Shown here: piece after piece, positions 20,626 to 30,225 of the stretch
Layout: each line of letters begins with the position of its first letter
How positions within the stretch are numbered: the first letter of the stretch is position 1
NCBI GenBank assembly: GCA_034435455.1
Contig: DAOTXL010000102.1
Location: 15,704-79,703 of the forward strand
Direction: 5' to 3'
From: Anaerolineae bacterium
GTDB taxonomy: Bacteria; Chloroflexota; Anaerolineae; JAAYZQ01
DNA: 64,000 nucleotides
Position numbers and translations under genes: made by a program
The notes under the pieces: model-generated
The model's input: only the letters and a program-made list of their open reading frames with translations
The model's database searches: none
Told to the model about the DNA's origin: nothing

Positions 20626-21840
20626 CTATTGGGCCCAACCATCGGCCAGGCCCAGCAACAGGCGCCGCAGGAATTCCAGGGCCAGGGTTGTCGTCCAGGT
20701 CCGGGCGCGGTCGTCCTGGCCGCGGAAACGGGTCTGGCGCACATCGGCGCTGCTGGCCGAAACCACCGCCACCCACGGCTGGTCGGTCCCGTTTGGGCCG
20801 TGGCCCACCACTGTCAGGCCGTGCGAGGTCCCCCATGCCCGGCGCACCCCCTGGGCCAGGGCCACCGCCGCGGCCTGGCCGGTTCCTTCTACCTCCGGCA
20901 GGTGCAGGAATCGGGCCAGGTCCGGGCCGTCGGCGGCCACCAGCCCACCGCGGAAGACATCGGGATGGGCGCTCATACGGCGGCTGAGGTCGCCGCCGGT
21001 GAGCGTCTCGGCGACGGCCAGCGTCGCGCCCTGCCCGCGCAGCAGGTCGGCCACGACCGCTTCCAGCGTTGCCTCGCCGGTGGCATAGATGGCCGCGCCC
21101 AGGCGCTGGCGGATACGGGCCTCCAGGTCGGCCAGCAACGCTTCGGCCTCGGCCTGGGTGGGGGCCTTGGCCACGAGGCGCACGTCGGTCTGGCCGGGAT
21201 GGGCCGACAGCCCGACGGTAGGGTTGGCCAAAGTCTCCAGGTCGGCGAGGGCCTGGTCTATGCGGCTTTCGCCCACGGCCACGGTGCGCAGGATGCGGGT
21301 GACGATCACCTCCTGCTGCCCCCCCAGCCGCTTTTGCAGGTAGGGCACCACCGTATGCTCCATCAGATAGCGCATCTCGTGGGGCACCCCCGGCAGGGTA
21401 ATGATGGTCCCTTGCCCCTCTTCGACGATAAAGCCGGGAGCGGTGCCTACCGGGTTCTCGATAGGGAGGCAGCCCTCCGGCAGGCAGGCCTGGCGTCGGT
21501 TGTTGTCGGTCATGCGGGCACCGGCCCGGACAAAAAAGGCTTCGATCTGGGCCAGCAGATGGGGGTGCAGCACCAGGGGCCGTCCGGTGACGCGGGCTAC
21601 CGCCTCGCGGGTCACGTCGTCCACCGTGGGCCCCAGGCCGCCCGTGACCAGGATGAGATCGGCGCGGGCCAGCGCCAGTTCGAGCGCCTGGGCGATGCGC
21701 CCCTCGTTGTCGCCCACGGTGGTGCGGAAGTACAAGTCAATGCCCAGGTCCCGCAACTGGCGGGCCAGGTAGGTCGCGTTGGTGTCGTCAATCTGACCCA
21801 GCAGCAGTTCGGTGCCGGTGGTGATGATCTCGGCCCGCAT
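20626..21840 (-). CDS. cinA: CinA family competence/damage-inducible protein (MoCF-binding plus CinA C-terminal domain)
   Basis: MRAEIITTGTELLLGQIxDTNATYLA..ILVTGGLGPTVDDVT N-terminal molybdopterin-binding fold. Start at the internal ATG 21840. Confidence 0.8.
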   Translation of the reverse strand: MRAEIITTGTELLLGQIDDTNATYLARQLRDLGIDLYFRTTVGDNEGRIAQALELALARADLILVTGGLGPTVDDVTREAVARVTGRPLVLHPHLLAQIEAFFVRAGARMTDNNRRQACLPEGCLPIENPVGTAPGFIVEEGQGTIITLPGVPHEMRYLMEHTVVPYLQKRLGGQQEVIVTRILRTVAVGESRIDQALADLETLANPTVGLSAHPGQTDVRLVAKAPTQAEAEALLADLEARIRQRLGAAIYATGEATLEAVVADLLRGQGATLAVAETLTGGDLSRRMSAHPDVFRGGLVAADGPDLARFLHLPEVEGTGQAAAVALAQGVRRAWGTSHGLTVVGHGPNGTDQPWVAVVSASSADVRQTRFRGQDDRARTWTTTLALEFLRRLLLGLADGWAQ

Positions 21841-21880
21841 AACCCCTCCCTCTGTGCGCACCATTTTGACAGGGTTAGAT

Positions 21881-21949
21881 GGACCTCCTGGACGGCAGGT
21901 CCGACCTCTCCTCTACCCCCTGGCCCCGGAAGGGGGTTGGGGGAGGTCC
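21881..21949. repeat. nested GC-rich palindrome (GGACCTCC...GGAGGTCC enclosing CCCCC-loop-GGGGG)
   Basis: Inverted repeats read directly. Located in the divergent cinA/HAD intergenic region. Confidence 0.6.
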
Positions 21950-22030
21950 GATCTAACAATGTCAACTTTATTTTACCACAGGAAGGAGGAAGGCACCAAG
22001 TAGGGGGAGGGATGTTTCGGGAAGGTTCTC

Positions 22031-22059
22031 TTGCCTGAGAGCCGGTTCTGGCGTATAAT
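22031..22059 (+). promoter_or_regulatory. sigma70 promoter (TTGCCT-17-TATAAT) for the HAD hydrolase gene
   Basis: TTGCCT at 22031-22036, 17-nt spacer, TATAAT at 22054-22059. AGGAGGAGG RBS before ATG 22089. Confidence 0.5.
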
Positions 22060-22088
22060 GGGGCCAGTCTGTTGACAGGAGGAGGTGG

Positions 22089-22748
22089 ATGGGCCGGATT
22101 GCTGCACTGTTTGACATGGACAAGACCCTGCTGGACACCAGCTCCGGTCAGCTTTACGCCCGCTACCTGTACCGCAACGGCCAGATGAAGCGCAGGGAGA
22201 TGGCGCGGGTGTTCTGGTGGGGCCTTCTCAGTCGGTTGGGGGTGCTGGACATGCAGAGCCTGCTCCCCCGGCTGTTGGCCGGCGCGGCCGGCGATGATGA
22301 AGGGGCGATGCGCGCCCTGTGCGACCGCTGGTTTGTGGAAGAGGTGCTGCCCCACCTGAGCGAGCGGGGACAGCAGCGGGTGGCCGAACACCGGGCCCAG
22401 GGGCACGTGGTGGCCATCGTCTCGGCCTCGACCCAATATGTCGTGGGGCCGTTGGCCGCGCATCTGGGGATCCCGGGCCAGTATGTTTGCACCCGCCTGG
22501 TGAGCCGGGATGGACGGTTTACGGGGGAGATCGAGCCGCCGGCCTGTTACGGCCAGGGCAAGGTGGTCTGGGCCGAGCGGTTTGCGGCCGAATATGGCGT
22601 GGACCTGTCGGCCAGCACCTTTTACACCGACAGCATCAGCGATCGGCCGCTTCTGGAGCGGGTGGGCCATCCTGTGGCGGTGAATCCCGATCCCCGGCTG
22701 CGGCGGCTGGCACGAAAGCGGGGCTGGCCGGTGGAGAGGTTCTATTGA
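22089..22748 (+). CDS. HAD-IB family hydrolase (phosphoserine phosphatase-like)
   Basis: DxDxT motif (FDMDKTLL) at the N-terminus. The 219-aa HAD fold has a cap insertion typical of subfamily IB. Confidence 0.65.
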   Translation: MGRIAALFDMDKTLLDTSSGQLYARYLYRNGQMKRREMARVFWWGLLSRLGVLDMQSLLPRLLAGAAGDDEGAMRALCDRWFVEEVLPHLSERGQQRVAEHRAQGHVVAIVSASTQYVVGPLAAHLGIPGQYVCTRLVSRDGRFTGEIEPPACYGQGKVVWAERFAAEYGVDLSASTFYTDSISDRPLLERVGHPVAVNPDPRLRRLARKRGWPVERFY

Positions 22749-23169
22749 GCCAGCCGGAAGCAACGACCAGGGCCACCGCGTAGCCGCGTTCGTGCGACAG
22801 GCTGATGGCCCAGTGGCGCAGGCCCTGCTCCTCGGCCAGGGCCAACGCCCGGCCTGACAGGCGGACCCCCGGCTTGCCCCAGGGGTCGGACAACACCTCC
22901 ACCTCTCGCCAGCCGATGCCGTGGCTGCTGAGGTGGGCCAGCCCCACCCCCAGGGCTTTGGAAACCGCTTCCTTGGCGGCCAGGCGAACGGCCAGCTCCG
23001 GCAACCGGTGGCCATAGCGGGCGATCTCCTCTGGCGTGTAGATGCGCGTCAGAAAGCGGTCGCCGTACCGCTCTACCGCCCGCCGCAGGCGCTCTATCTC
23101 CACCAGGTCCACGCCGACGGCCAATAGGGGCGACGCATGCGTCGCCCCTACGCTAGGCTCCTTCGCCAT
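22636..23169 (-). CDS. acpS: holo-[acyl-carrier-protein] synthase with unusual C-terminal tail
   Basis: [23 protein letters not shown]..WxxVEV phosphopantetheinyl transferase motifs. Start taken at the internal ATG 23169. The ORF runs about 40 codons past the AcpS core and overlaps the convergent HAD gene. Confidence 0.65.
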   Translation of the reverse strand: MAKEPSVGATHASPLLAVGVDLVEIERLRRAVERYGDRFLTRIYTPEEIARYGHRLPELAVRLAAKEAVSKALGVGLAHLSSHGIGWREVEVLSDPWGKPGVRLSGRALALAEEQGLRHWAISLSHERGYAVALVVASGWLNRTSPPASPAFVPAAAAGDRDSPPQDGPPAPEAADR

Positions 23170-24466
23170 TGTAGCCCCGGCCCATGCCCCGGTATATGAA
23201 CCCCATCTCGGCCATCCGCCTGGGATCGTAGATGTTGCGGCCATCCACCAGCACCGGCTGGCGCATGGATGCCTTGATGCGGGCCATATCGAGCTGCTTG
23301 AACTCGTTCCATTCGGTCACCAGGATCAGACCATCGGCCCCTTCGGCCACCTGGTAGGGATCCTGGCAAAAGACCACATCTTGGAGCAGCCGCCGGGCGT
23401 TCTCCTGGGCCTCCGGGTCATAGGCCTTGACCGTGGCTCCCTCGTGCTGGAGCATGTGGACCAGGCTGATAGAGGGCGCATCGCGCATATCATCGGTGTT
23501 GGGCTTGAAGGCCAGCCCCCACAGGCCGATGGTCTTGCCCCGAAAGCCGCCCAGGATATGGCGCAGCTTCTGGATCAACCGCTTGCGTTGGTCATAGTTG
23601 ACATGGGTCACGGCCCGCAGGATTTCGGGGTTCTCGCCATAGAGTTCGGCCATGTGGATCAGCGCCTTGACATCTTTGGGGAAGCAACTGCCGCCCCAGC
23701 CGATGCCGGCCCCCAAAAAGTGGGGGGAGATGCGGTGATCGGTGCCCATGCCGTGGGCCACCTCCTTGACGTCGGCGCCCAGCGCCTCGCAGATGTTGGC
23801 GATTTCGTTGATGAACGAGATCTTGGTCGCCAGGAAGGCGTTAGAGGCGTACTTGATCATCTCGGCCGTCCGCAGGTCGGTGATGATCCGCTCGCCGCCC
23901 AGCGGGTAATAGAGCTCCGCCACCCGTTCGGCGGCCCGGCGGTTGGTGGAGCCCAGCACGATGCGGTCGGGGTTCATGAAATCATAGACGCCCGACCCTT
24001 CGCGCAGGAATTCGGGGTTGCTGACCACCCAGAAGGGCACATCCTCGCCGCGGATTTCGCGCACAATGTCGGCCACCCAGTCGCCGGTGCCGATCGGCAC
24101 GGTGCTCTTGTTGACAATGATCACCTCTTTGTGGATGCGCCGGGCGATCTCTTCCGCCGTGGCGTTGACGTGGGCCAGGTCGGCCTCGCCCTCGATGCCG
24201 GTGGGCGTGCCCACCGCGATGAACACAAACTCGGCGTCGGCCATCGCCTCATCCCAATCGGTGGTAAAGTGCAGGCGGCCCGCCTCGCTGTTGCGCCGGA
24301 CGATCTCTTCCAGGCCCGGCTCATAGATGGGCAGGATGCCCTTTTTCAGGTTCTCCGACTTTTCCCGGTTGCGGTTGATGCAGATGACCTGGTTGCCCAG
24401 GTCGGCCAGACAGGCACCGGTCACCAAACCCACGTACCCGACGCCTACGACTGTGATGTTCGCCAT
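23153..24466 (-). CDS. ugd: UDP-glucose/GDP-mannose dehydrogenase family (UDP-glucose 6-dehydrogenase), copy 1
   Basis: N-terminal Rossmann [14 protein letters not shown], catalytic Cys region GGSCFPKD, 437 aa. Confidence 0.85.
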   Translation of the reverse strand: MANITVVGVGYVGLVTGACLADLGNQVICINRNREKSENLKKGILPIYEPGLEEIVRRNSEAGRLHFTTDWDEAMADAEFVFIAVGTPTGIEGEADLAHVNATAEEIARRIHKEVIIVNKSTVPIGTGDWVADIVREIRGEDVPFWVVSNPEFLREGSGVYDFMNPDRIVLGSTNRRAAERVAELYYPLGGERIITDLRTAEMIKYASNAFLATKISFINEIANICEALGADVKEVAHGMGTDHRISPHFLGAGIGWGGSCFPKDVKALIHMAELYGENPEILRAVTHVNYDQRKRLIQKLRHILGGFRGKTIGLWGLAFKPNTDDMRDAPSISLVHMLQHEGATVKAYDPEAQENARRLLQDVVFCQDPYQVAEGADGLILVTEWNEFKQLDMARIKASMRQPVLVDGRNIYDPRRMAEMGFIYRGMGRGYNGEGA

Positions 24467-24505
24467 CTTCTTCTCCTCTTCTCAATTCTAATATCTAATA
24501 CCCGA

Positions 24506-25807
24506 TCAATCTTGTCCCGGCCCGGCAACCGCCAGAGCATAGATATCCGGATCCAAATATTTCCGGGCCATTTCCTGTACATCCTGGGCAGTGACCTGAT
24601 GGACCAGAGAGGCATAGCGTTCCAGATAGTCCAGCCCCAGGCCGTGGCGCTCCATATCCAGCAGGGTCCCGACCAGCCCCTCGTTTGTTTCCAGGCGCAG
24701 GGGCATCGAGCCGGTGAGGAACGACTGGCTGTCGGCCAGTTCGGCAGCGGGGAGCGGTTCGTCGCGCAGGCAGCGCACCTCCCGGCGGATGCTGTCAATA
24801 GCCTGTTCCACGTTGGCCGGGTTGACTCCGGCGATGACCAGCCACGGGCCGGCGCCCAGCCCGGCTTCGAGGCGGCTGTAGACATAGTAGGCCAGCCCCT
24901 GCCGGTCGCGGATGTGGTCGCCCAGGCGGCCCATCATGCCGAAAACGCCCAGGATGGTGTTGGTCAGGTGGGCTTTCATAAAGTCGGGATCGTTGCGGGC
25001 CAGCGCCGGCCAGCCCAGCACGATATCGGCCTGAGCTTTGCCGACCACGGGCACTGCCTGGCGGCGCGGCCCGCTGAGCTGCACCCTCGGCGGGATACTC
25101 CGGTTAGGGGTCGCCTCCGGGGCCTGCCAGTCTCCCAACCTGGAGTGCACCCGGTCCACCACCGCCCCGGCCGAGATGGCTCCCACCACTACGACGATCA
25201 TCCCCGCCGGGGAGTAATGCCGCCGGTAATATCCGACCAGGTCGTCGCGGCCCAGGGTGGCCACGGTCTCTTCGTACCCCTGAACGCTGCGGCCGTAGGG
25301 GTGGTTGGGGTAGAGCAGGGCATCGAAGGTCAGGCGGGCCATGCGGCGTGTATCGTGGGCGCGCCGTTTCAGGTCGGTGAGGATCTGGCCCTGGAGCCGG
25401 GTGGCCTCGTCGGGCGGGAAGGTGGGGTGCTGCAGGCAGTCGGCCAGGATGTCCAGGAGCAGGTCCAGGTCCTCGGCCAGGGCCTTGCCGCCAAAGCCGA
25501 CGGTGTGGACGCCGCTGTGGAAGGCCAACTGGGCCCCCACCGATTCCAGCGCTTTGTTGATCTGCTCAAAGGTGCGCGTCGCGGTGCCGCGCATCAGCAT
25601 CCCGGCGGTGAAATTCGCCAGCCCGGCCTGCTCCGGCGCTTCGTCGAGCGACCCGGCCCACAGGGACCCGCCGATCACCACCGCCGGGCTGCTGTGGTTT
25701 TCGTAGAGGAGCAGGACGATGCCGTTGGGCAGTTCGACGCGGGTGATCGTTTCCGGTGAGGGGATGGATGCGGTCACAAATTGCCTCCTACAGGCCCAGG
25801 GGCACAT
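24506..25807 (-). CDS. M16 family peptidase, non-catalytic partner (HxxEH motif absent)
   Basis: M16B-like length and fold signature. The position of the zinc motif reads ANFTAGMLMRGT instead of HxxEH. Confidence 0.65.
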   Translation of the reverse strand: MCPWACRRQFVTASIPSPETITRVELPNGIVLLLYENHSSPAVVIGGSLWAGSLDEAPEQAGLANFTAGMLMRGTATRTFEQINKALESVGAQLAFHSGVHTVGFGGKALAEDLDLLLDILADCLQHPTFPPDEATRLQGQILTDLKRRAHDTRRMARLTFDALLYPNHPYGRSVQGYEETVATLGRDDLVGYYRRHYSPAGMIVVVVGAISAGAVVDRVHSRLGDWQAPEATPNRSIPPRVQLSGPRRQAVPVVGKAQADIVLGWPALARNDPDFMKAHLTNTILGVFGMMGRLGDHIRDRQGLAYYVYSRLEAGLGAGPWLVIAGVNPANVEQAIDSIRREVRCLRDEPLPAAELADSQSFLTGSMPLRLETNEGLVGTLLDMERHGLGLDYLERYASLVHQVTAQDVQEMARKYLDPDIYALAVAGPGQD

Positions 25808-27086
25808 AGTGGCCCACGGTCCGGTTGCGACGTGTCAGGTAGGTGTTGGCGGCGCGGTGTAGATCCTGAACGGTGACAGAGGCCAGGCGGTCCAGGAACG
25901 ACTCGAACCAGTCGGTGTCGGCCATGACCGACGAAAGACCCAGCCAGAAGCCCTGGTTGGTCACACTTTCGCTGGAATAGGCGAATTGGGCCTTGCTCTG
26001 CTTGAGGGCGGTTTGCAGCTCCTCGGCCGAGATCGGACCGGCCAGGATGCGCTCCATCTCGGCGTTGAGAGCGGCTTCTACCTCCTCCAGGCTGCGCCCG
26101 TCCCGCACGGTGGCCACGATGCTGTAGAGGTAGGGGTCGAGCATGGGCGACAGCGAGCCGGATACACTCGCCGCCAGGCCGGTCTCTACCAGTGCCCTGT
26201 ACAGCCGCGAACTGCGGTTGGGCGGCGGTCCGGAAAACAGGTTCATGCCGCCGGCGCCGGTCAGGATCGTGCTGAGCAGGGTCATGGGGAAAAAGTCGGG
26301 GTGGGCCGCCTGGGGGGCCTTGTAGGCGACCTGGAGATAGGCGGTAGCACCCGGCCCCTCCAGGAGGATGCGGCGCTCCCCGCGTTGAGGTGGCTCCGGG
26401 CGGTTCACCGGCGGCGGGTCGGAGCGGGCCGGGATGGGGCCGAACAGGTCGGCGATGCGGGCCAGCATCTGCGTCGGCTCGAAATCGCCCACGGCCACCG
26501 CAATGGCATTGTTGGGGCCATAGTAGGTCTGATAGTGGTGCCACAGTTCCTCGTGGCCGATCGCCTCCAGATCGCACAGATCGCCGATGGTGTCGTGGTG
26601 GTAGGGATGCACCCGGAAGGCGGCCCCGATCACCTCCTCGTTCAGCAGGAAAACAGGTTCGTTTTCAGCGCCTTGCCGCTCCGAGATGATAACCGTGCGT
26701 TCCAGGGCCACCTCCTCCGGATCAAAGAGGGCATTGACCATCCGGTCGGCCTCGATGCGCAGGGCCAGGTCCACCCGATCGGCAGGCAGCGTCTCAAAGA
26801 AGGCGGTAAAGTCGAGCCAGGTGAAACCGTTCTGCACGCCGCCGTTGCGGGCGATCTGCCGGTCAATTTCACCTTTGGGGAACGCCCGAGAGCCTTTGAA
26901 CAGCATGTGCTCGGCCCAGTGGGCGATGCCGGTGATGCCGGGCACCTCGTTGCGGCTGCCAACCCGGTACCACACCCAAAAGGTAGTCACTGGGGCGTGG
27001 TGGTCCTCTTTGAGCAGCACGGTCAGGCCGTTATCCAGAGTCTGTTTCAGGATCGTCATGGTTTTCTCCAGGGGGCAGGGGAGCAC
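25788..27086 (-). CDS. M16 family zinc peptidase, catalytic subunit
   Basis: Inverted zinc-binding motif HWAEHMLFKGS (HxxEH). Its 3' end overlaps the start of the partner M16 gene by 20 nt. Confidence 0.8.
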   Translation of the reverse strand: MLPCPLEKTMTILKQTLDNGLTVLLKEDHHAPVTTFWVWYRVGSRNEVPGITGIAHWAEHMLFKGSRAFPKGEIDRQIARNGGVQNGFTWLDFTAFFETLPADRVDLALRIEADRMVNALFDPEEVALERTVIISERQGAENEPVFLLNEEVIGAAFRVHPYHHDTIGDLCDLEAIGHEELWHHYQTYYGPNNAIAVAVGDFEPTQMLARIADLFGPIPARSDPPPVNRPEPPQRGERRILLEGPGATAYLQVAYKAPQAAHPDFFPMTLLSTILTGAGGMNLFSGPPPNRSSRLYRALVETGLAASVSGSLSPMLDPYLYSIVATVRDGRSLEEVEAALNAEMERILAGPISAEELQTALKQSKAQFAYSSESVTNQGFWLGLSSVMADTDWFESFLDRLASVTVQDLHRAANTYLTRRNRTVGHYVPLGL

Positions 27087-27099
27087 CCCTGGCCAGGCT

Positions 27100-28398
27100 C
27101 TAATAGCCGCGCCCCATCCCCCGATAGATGAACCCCAGCGCCTTCATCTGCTCCGGGTCGTAGAGGTTGCGGCCATCCACGATGATCGGCCGGCGCATGG
27201 CTGCCTTGAGGCGGGGCAGCGACAGGTGCTTGAATTCGTTCCACTCGGTGACAATGACCAGGGCGTCGGCCCCCTCTGCCACCTGGTAGGCGTCCTGGCA
27301 CAGGGCAACGTCGTGCAGATATCGGTCGGCGTTGACCATCGCCACCGGGTCGTAGGCCCGAATGCGCGCCCCTTCACTTTGCAGCAGGTGGATCAGTTCC
27401 ACCGAGGGCGCTTCGCGCATGTCGTCGGTGTTGGGTTTGAAGGCCAGTCCCAGGACCCCGATCACCGCTTCGTCCAGGGTGCCCAGCAGCTCCCGCAGCT
27501 TGTGGACCACCTGCCGGCGCTGGTCGCGGTTGATCTCCATCACCGCCCGCAGCAGTTGGGGATGACAGCCGTGGACGGCGGCCATGTGGGCCAGGGCCTG
27601 GACATCCTTGGGGAAGCAACTGCCGCCAAAGCCGATGCCCGCATCCAGAAAAGAGGGGCCGATCCGCTTGTCGTACCCCATCCCCACCGCCACTTCCTTC
27701 ACGTCGGCCCCCAGCGCCTCGCAGATGCTGGCGATCTCGTTGATGAACGAGATGCGGGTAGCCAGGAAGGCGTTGGAGGCGTACTTGATCATCTCGGCGG
27801 TGCGCAGGTCGGTGATCATGATAGGGGCCCGGAGCGCCAGGTAAAGCTGGGCCACCTGGGCTGCGGCTTCGGGGTTCAGCGAGCCGAGGACAATGCGGTC
27901 GGGGTACATGAAATCGTTGATGGCCGACCCTTCGCGCAGGAATTCGGGGTTGCTGACGACAGAAAAGTCGATCGGGTATGGCTGGTGGCGGCGGACAATG
28001 TCGGCCACCCAGTCGCCGGTGCCGATGGGCACCGTGCTCTTGTTGACAATGATCAGGGGGTGATCCATGGCCCGGGCGATACTCCGCGCCGCCGCCCGGA
28101 CATATTTCAGGTCTGCCTCACCTCCGCTGCCCTGCGGTGTGCCTACGGCGATAAAGGCAAATTCCGCCTGGGCCAGCCCCTCCGGGTAGGAGGTGGTGAA
28201 ATGCAGGCGCTCTGCCTGGGCGTTGCGCCGGACCATCTCTTCCAGGCCCGGTTCGTAGATCGGCATCACCCCGGCGCGCAGTTTTTCGATCTTGAGCTCG
28301 TCCACGTCCACACAGGTTACTTCGTGGCCCAGGTCGGCAAAGCAGGTACCGGTTACCAGGCCTACATATCCGACCCCGATCACGCAAATCTTTCTCAT
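27100..28398 (-). CDS. ugd: UDP-glucose 6-dehydrogenase, copy 2
   Basis: [22 protein letters not shown]. Collinear with copy 1 over the full length. Confidence 0.85.
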   Translation of the reverse strand: MRKICVIGVGYVGLVTGTCFADLGHEVTCVDVDELKIEKLRAGVMPIYEPGLEEMVRRNAQAERLHFTTSYPEGLAQAEFAFIAVGTPQGSGGEADLKYVRAAARSIARAMDHPLIIVNKSTVPIGTGDWVADIVRRHQPYPIDFSVVSNPEFLREGSAINDFMYPDRIVLGSLNPEAAAQVAQLYLALRAPIMITDLRTAEMIKYASNAFLATRISFINEIASICEALGADVKEVAVGMGYDKRIGPSFLDAGIGFGGSCFPKDVQALAHMAAVHGCHPQLLRAVMEINRDQRRQVVHKLRELLGTLDEAVIGVLGLAFKPNTDDMREAPSVELIHLLQSEGARIRAYDPVAMVNADRYLHDVALCQDAYQVAEGADALVIVTEWNEFKHLSLPRLKAAMRRPIIVDGRNLYDPEQMKALGFIYRGMGRGY

Positions 28399-28550
28399 GG
28401 GATTCAGCCCTCACTGCCGATTGTTGTCCATTCCGCTACGTGCCTTGTGTGTGGGGGAGCCGATAGGGCGGCGAGCGCCCTTCCCTGGCACACCGGGTTT
28501 ACTATACCACAAAAACAGGGCTTTTTCAAATAGCTGGGGCTTGTTTACCG

Positions 28551-28631
28551 CCCCCTCACCCCGACCCTCTCCCCACGGGGGCGAGGGAGCCTGTCCCCCT
28601 CACCCCGACCCTCTCCCCACGGGGGCGAGGG
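28551..28631. repeat. tandem direct repeat, 2 x 37 nt (CCCCCTCACCCCGACCCTCTCCCCACGGGGGCGAGGG), 44-nt period
   Basis: Two identical copies read directly (28551-28587 and 28595-28631) in the divergent ugd/MBL intergenic region. Shares the GCGAGGGCGATGC motif with the hairpin at 36045. Confidence 0.8.
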
Positions 28632-28702
28632 CGATGCAGCCCAGGGGTGTCGAAGTGACAGGCAGAAATCTGTTTGAAATAACGAAAAATCGCACGCAGC
28701 CC

Positions 28703-28731
28703 TTGACAGCAGCCTGGGTTTGTGGTATGCT
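28703..28731 (+). promoter_or_regulatory. sigma70 promoter (TTGACA-17-TATGCT) for the MBL hydrolase gene
   Basis: TTGACA at 28703-28708, 17-nt spacer, TATGCT at 28726-28731. Confidence 0.45.
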
Positions 28732-28760
28732 TGCCCCATCTGGAAACCTTGGGAGTCGAG

Positions 28761-29597
28761 ATGCTGCGCGAACGAGTAACCGAAGATGTCTATGTGTTTA
28801 TCAGCGCGCTCTATGTCGAAGTAGCCGCTACCGTCGTCATGACCCCTGAGGGGGCGGTGGTCATTGACACCCTGCCCTTTCCCCAAGAGACCCGTCAGGT
28901 ACGAGAGTTTGTCCAGCGGCAGTGTCCGCGCGGTGTCCGCTACGTGGTGCTCACCCATCATCACGCCGACCACGTCTATGGCAGTTACCTGTTCCCCGAA
29001 GCGGAATTGATCGCGCACCGGCAATGCCGCCAGATTCTGGCCAAGGTTGGCGAAGAGAGCCTGAACCAGGCCAAAGCTCAGAACCCGGCCCTGGCTTCGG
29101 TCCGGTTGCGAATCCCCCAACTGGTCTTTGAGACCGAGATGCTGCTGCGGCTGCACGACAAGACGTTGCACCTCATGCACGCGCCGGGGCATTCCCCCGA
29201 CGGGATCATGGTCCACATCCGCGAGGACAAGGTGCTGGTCGCCGGGGACGTGGTCACTCCGGTGCCTTTCGTCGCCCGGGGCAACCCCGATGAACTGATG
29301 CACTCTTTGAAACAGATCAAAACCCTGAGCCTGGAAAATGTGATCCAGGGGCACGGGGGGGTTCTCCTGCGGGGGGAGATTGACGAGACGGTGGACAGCA
29401 GCATCGCCTATCTGCAGACCGTCAAGAAGCGGGTGCGGGCCATCGTGGAAAAGGGGCTGCCCCGCTCAGAGTTGAAAAAGATCGATATCGAGTCATGTGG
29501 CAAGTCGCGCATTCCCCTGGGCGGCCTGGTCCAGCGGCTGCATCAGGCCAATCTCGACTATCTATATGCTCAAGAGCTGGGCGAAGGCAACGGATGA
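28761..29597 (+). CDS. MBL-fold metallo-hydrolase
   Basis: VVLTHHHADHVYGS (HxHxDH) plus downstream His/Asp ligands. Start set to ATG 28761 (MLRERV). Confidence 0.7.
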   Translation: MLRERVTEDVYVFISALYVEVAATVVMTPEGAVVIDTLPFPQETRQVREFVQRQCPRGVRYVVLTHHHADHVYGSYLFPEAELIAHRQCRQILAKVGEESLNQAKAQNPALASVRLRIPQLVFETEMLLRLHDKTLHLMHAPGHSPDGIMVHIREDKVLVAGDVVTPVPFVARGNPDELMHSLKQIKTLSLENVIQGHGGVLLRGEIDETVDSSIAYLQTVKKRVRAIVEKGLPRSELKKIDIESCGKSRIPLGGLVQRLHQANLDYLYAQELGEGNG

Positions 29598-30184
29598 AGA
29601 GGAAAAAAGAGGAGAGGGACCGGGTCGGGGAGATCGCCGTCGCCATCGCCGGGCTGGAGCCGGCGGAGAAGCGGCGGCTGTTTGAGCTCCTGGCCGCCCA
29701 GGGAGACCTGCCGGGCCGGGCGGCTGGCCCGCCGCCGGCTCAACCGGAACTGTTCCCCACCGGCTCCCCGCCCGCCCGCCCGCCCGATTATATCCTGGTC
29801 TTTGATGGCGGCAGCCGGGGCAATCCCGGCTGGGGATATGGCAGCTATGCCATCACCCGCACACAGGATGGCCGCCGCCGCCTGGAGCGCCTGGAGTTGG
29901 GCGACGGCTATACCAGCAACGAGGCCGAATATGACACCCTCATCGCCGCCCTGCAGGACCTGATTCGGCGCATTGAGGAGGCGGGGCGCCGGCCCGAGGA
30001 GTTTGCCGTGGAGGTGCGGGGCGATAGCGCCCTGGTCATCAGCCAGTTGCAGGGCAAATGGAAAGCCAAAGAGCCGCGCATGAAAGAGCGGCGCGACCGT
30101 TGTCTCCGCCTGTTGCAACGCTTCGGGGGCGTGGCGCTCCAGGCCCAACCGCGCGAGGCCAGCGTTCAGATCTTGGGGCACTGA
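29594..30184 (+). CDS. RNase H-like protein (RNase HI fold) with N-terminal extension
   Basis: FDGGSRGNPGWGYG..SNEAEY motif block of the RNase H superfamily. The ATG overlaps the MBL gene's TGA (ATGA), indicating translational coupling. Confidence 0.6.
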   Translation: MKRKKEERDRVGEIAVAIAGLEPAEKRRLFELLAAQGDLPGRAAGPPPAQPELFPTGSPPARPPDYILVFDGGSRGNPGWGYGSYAITRTQDGRRRLERLELGDGYTSNEAEYDTLIAALQDLIRRIEEAGRRPEEFAVEVRGDSALVISQLQGKWKAKEPRMKERRDRCLRLLQRFGGVALQAQPREASVQILGH

Positions 30185-30190
30185 CATGAT

Positions 30191-30219
30191 TTGACAGATT
30201 CACCGATCCATGATAGACT
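30191..30219 (+). promoter_or_regulatory. sigma70 promoter (TTGACA-17-TAGACT) driving the T-box leader
   Basis: TTGACA at 30191-30196, 17-nt spacer, TAGACT at 30214-30219. Confidence 0.5.
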
Positions 30220-30225
30220 GTTCTT

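Noticed and set aside
28551-28631. Possible CRISPR array
   Set aside because: Only two repeat copies with a 7-nt spacer, and no cas genes. A direct tandem repeat, not a repeat-spacer array.
28545-29354. 269-aa minus-strand ORF opposite the MBL hydrolase gene
   Set aside because: No motifs. Its 3' end is merely the translation of the tandem repeat. The plus-strand frame carries a clear HxHxDH MBL signature.
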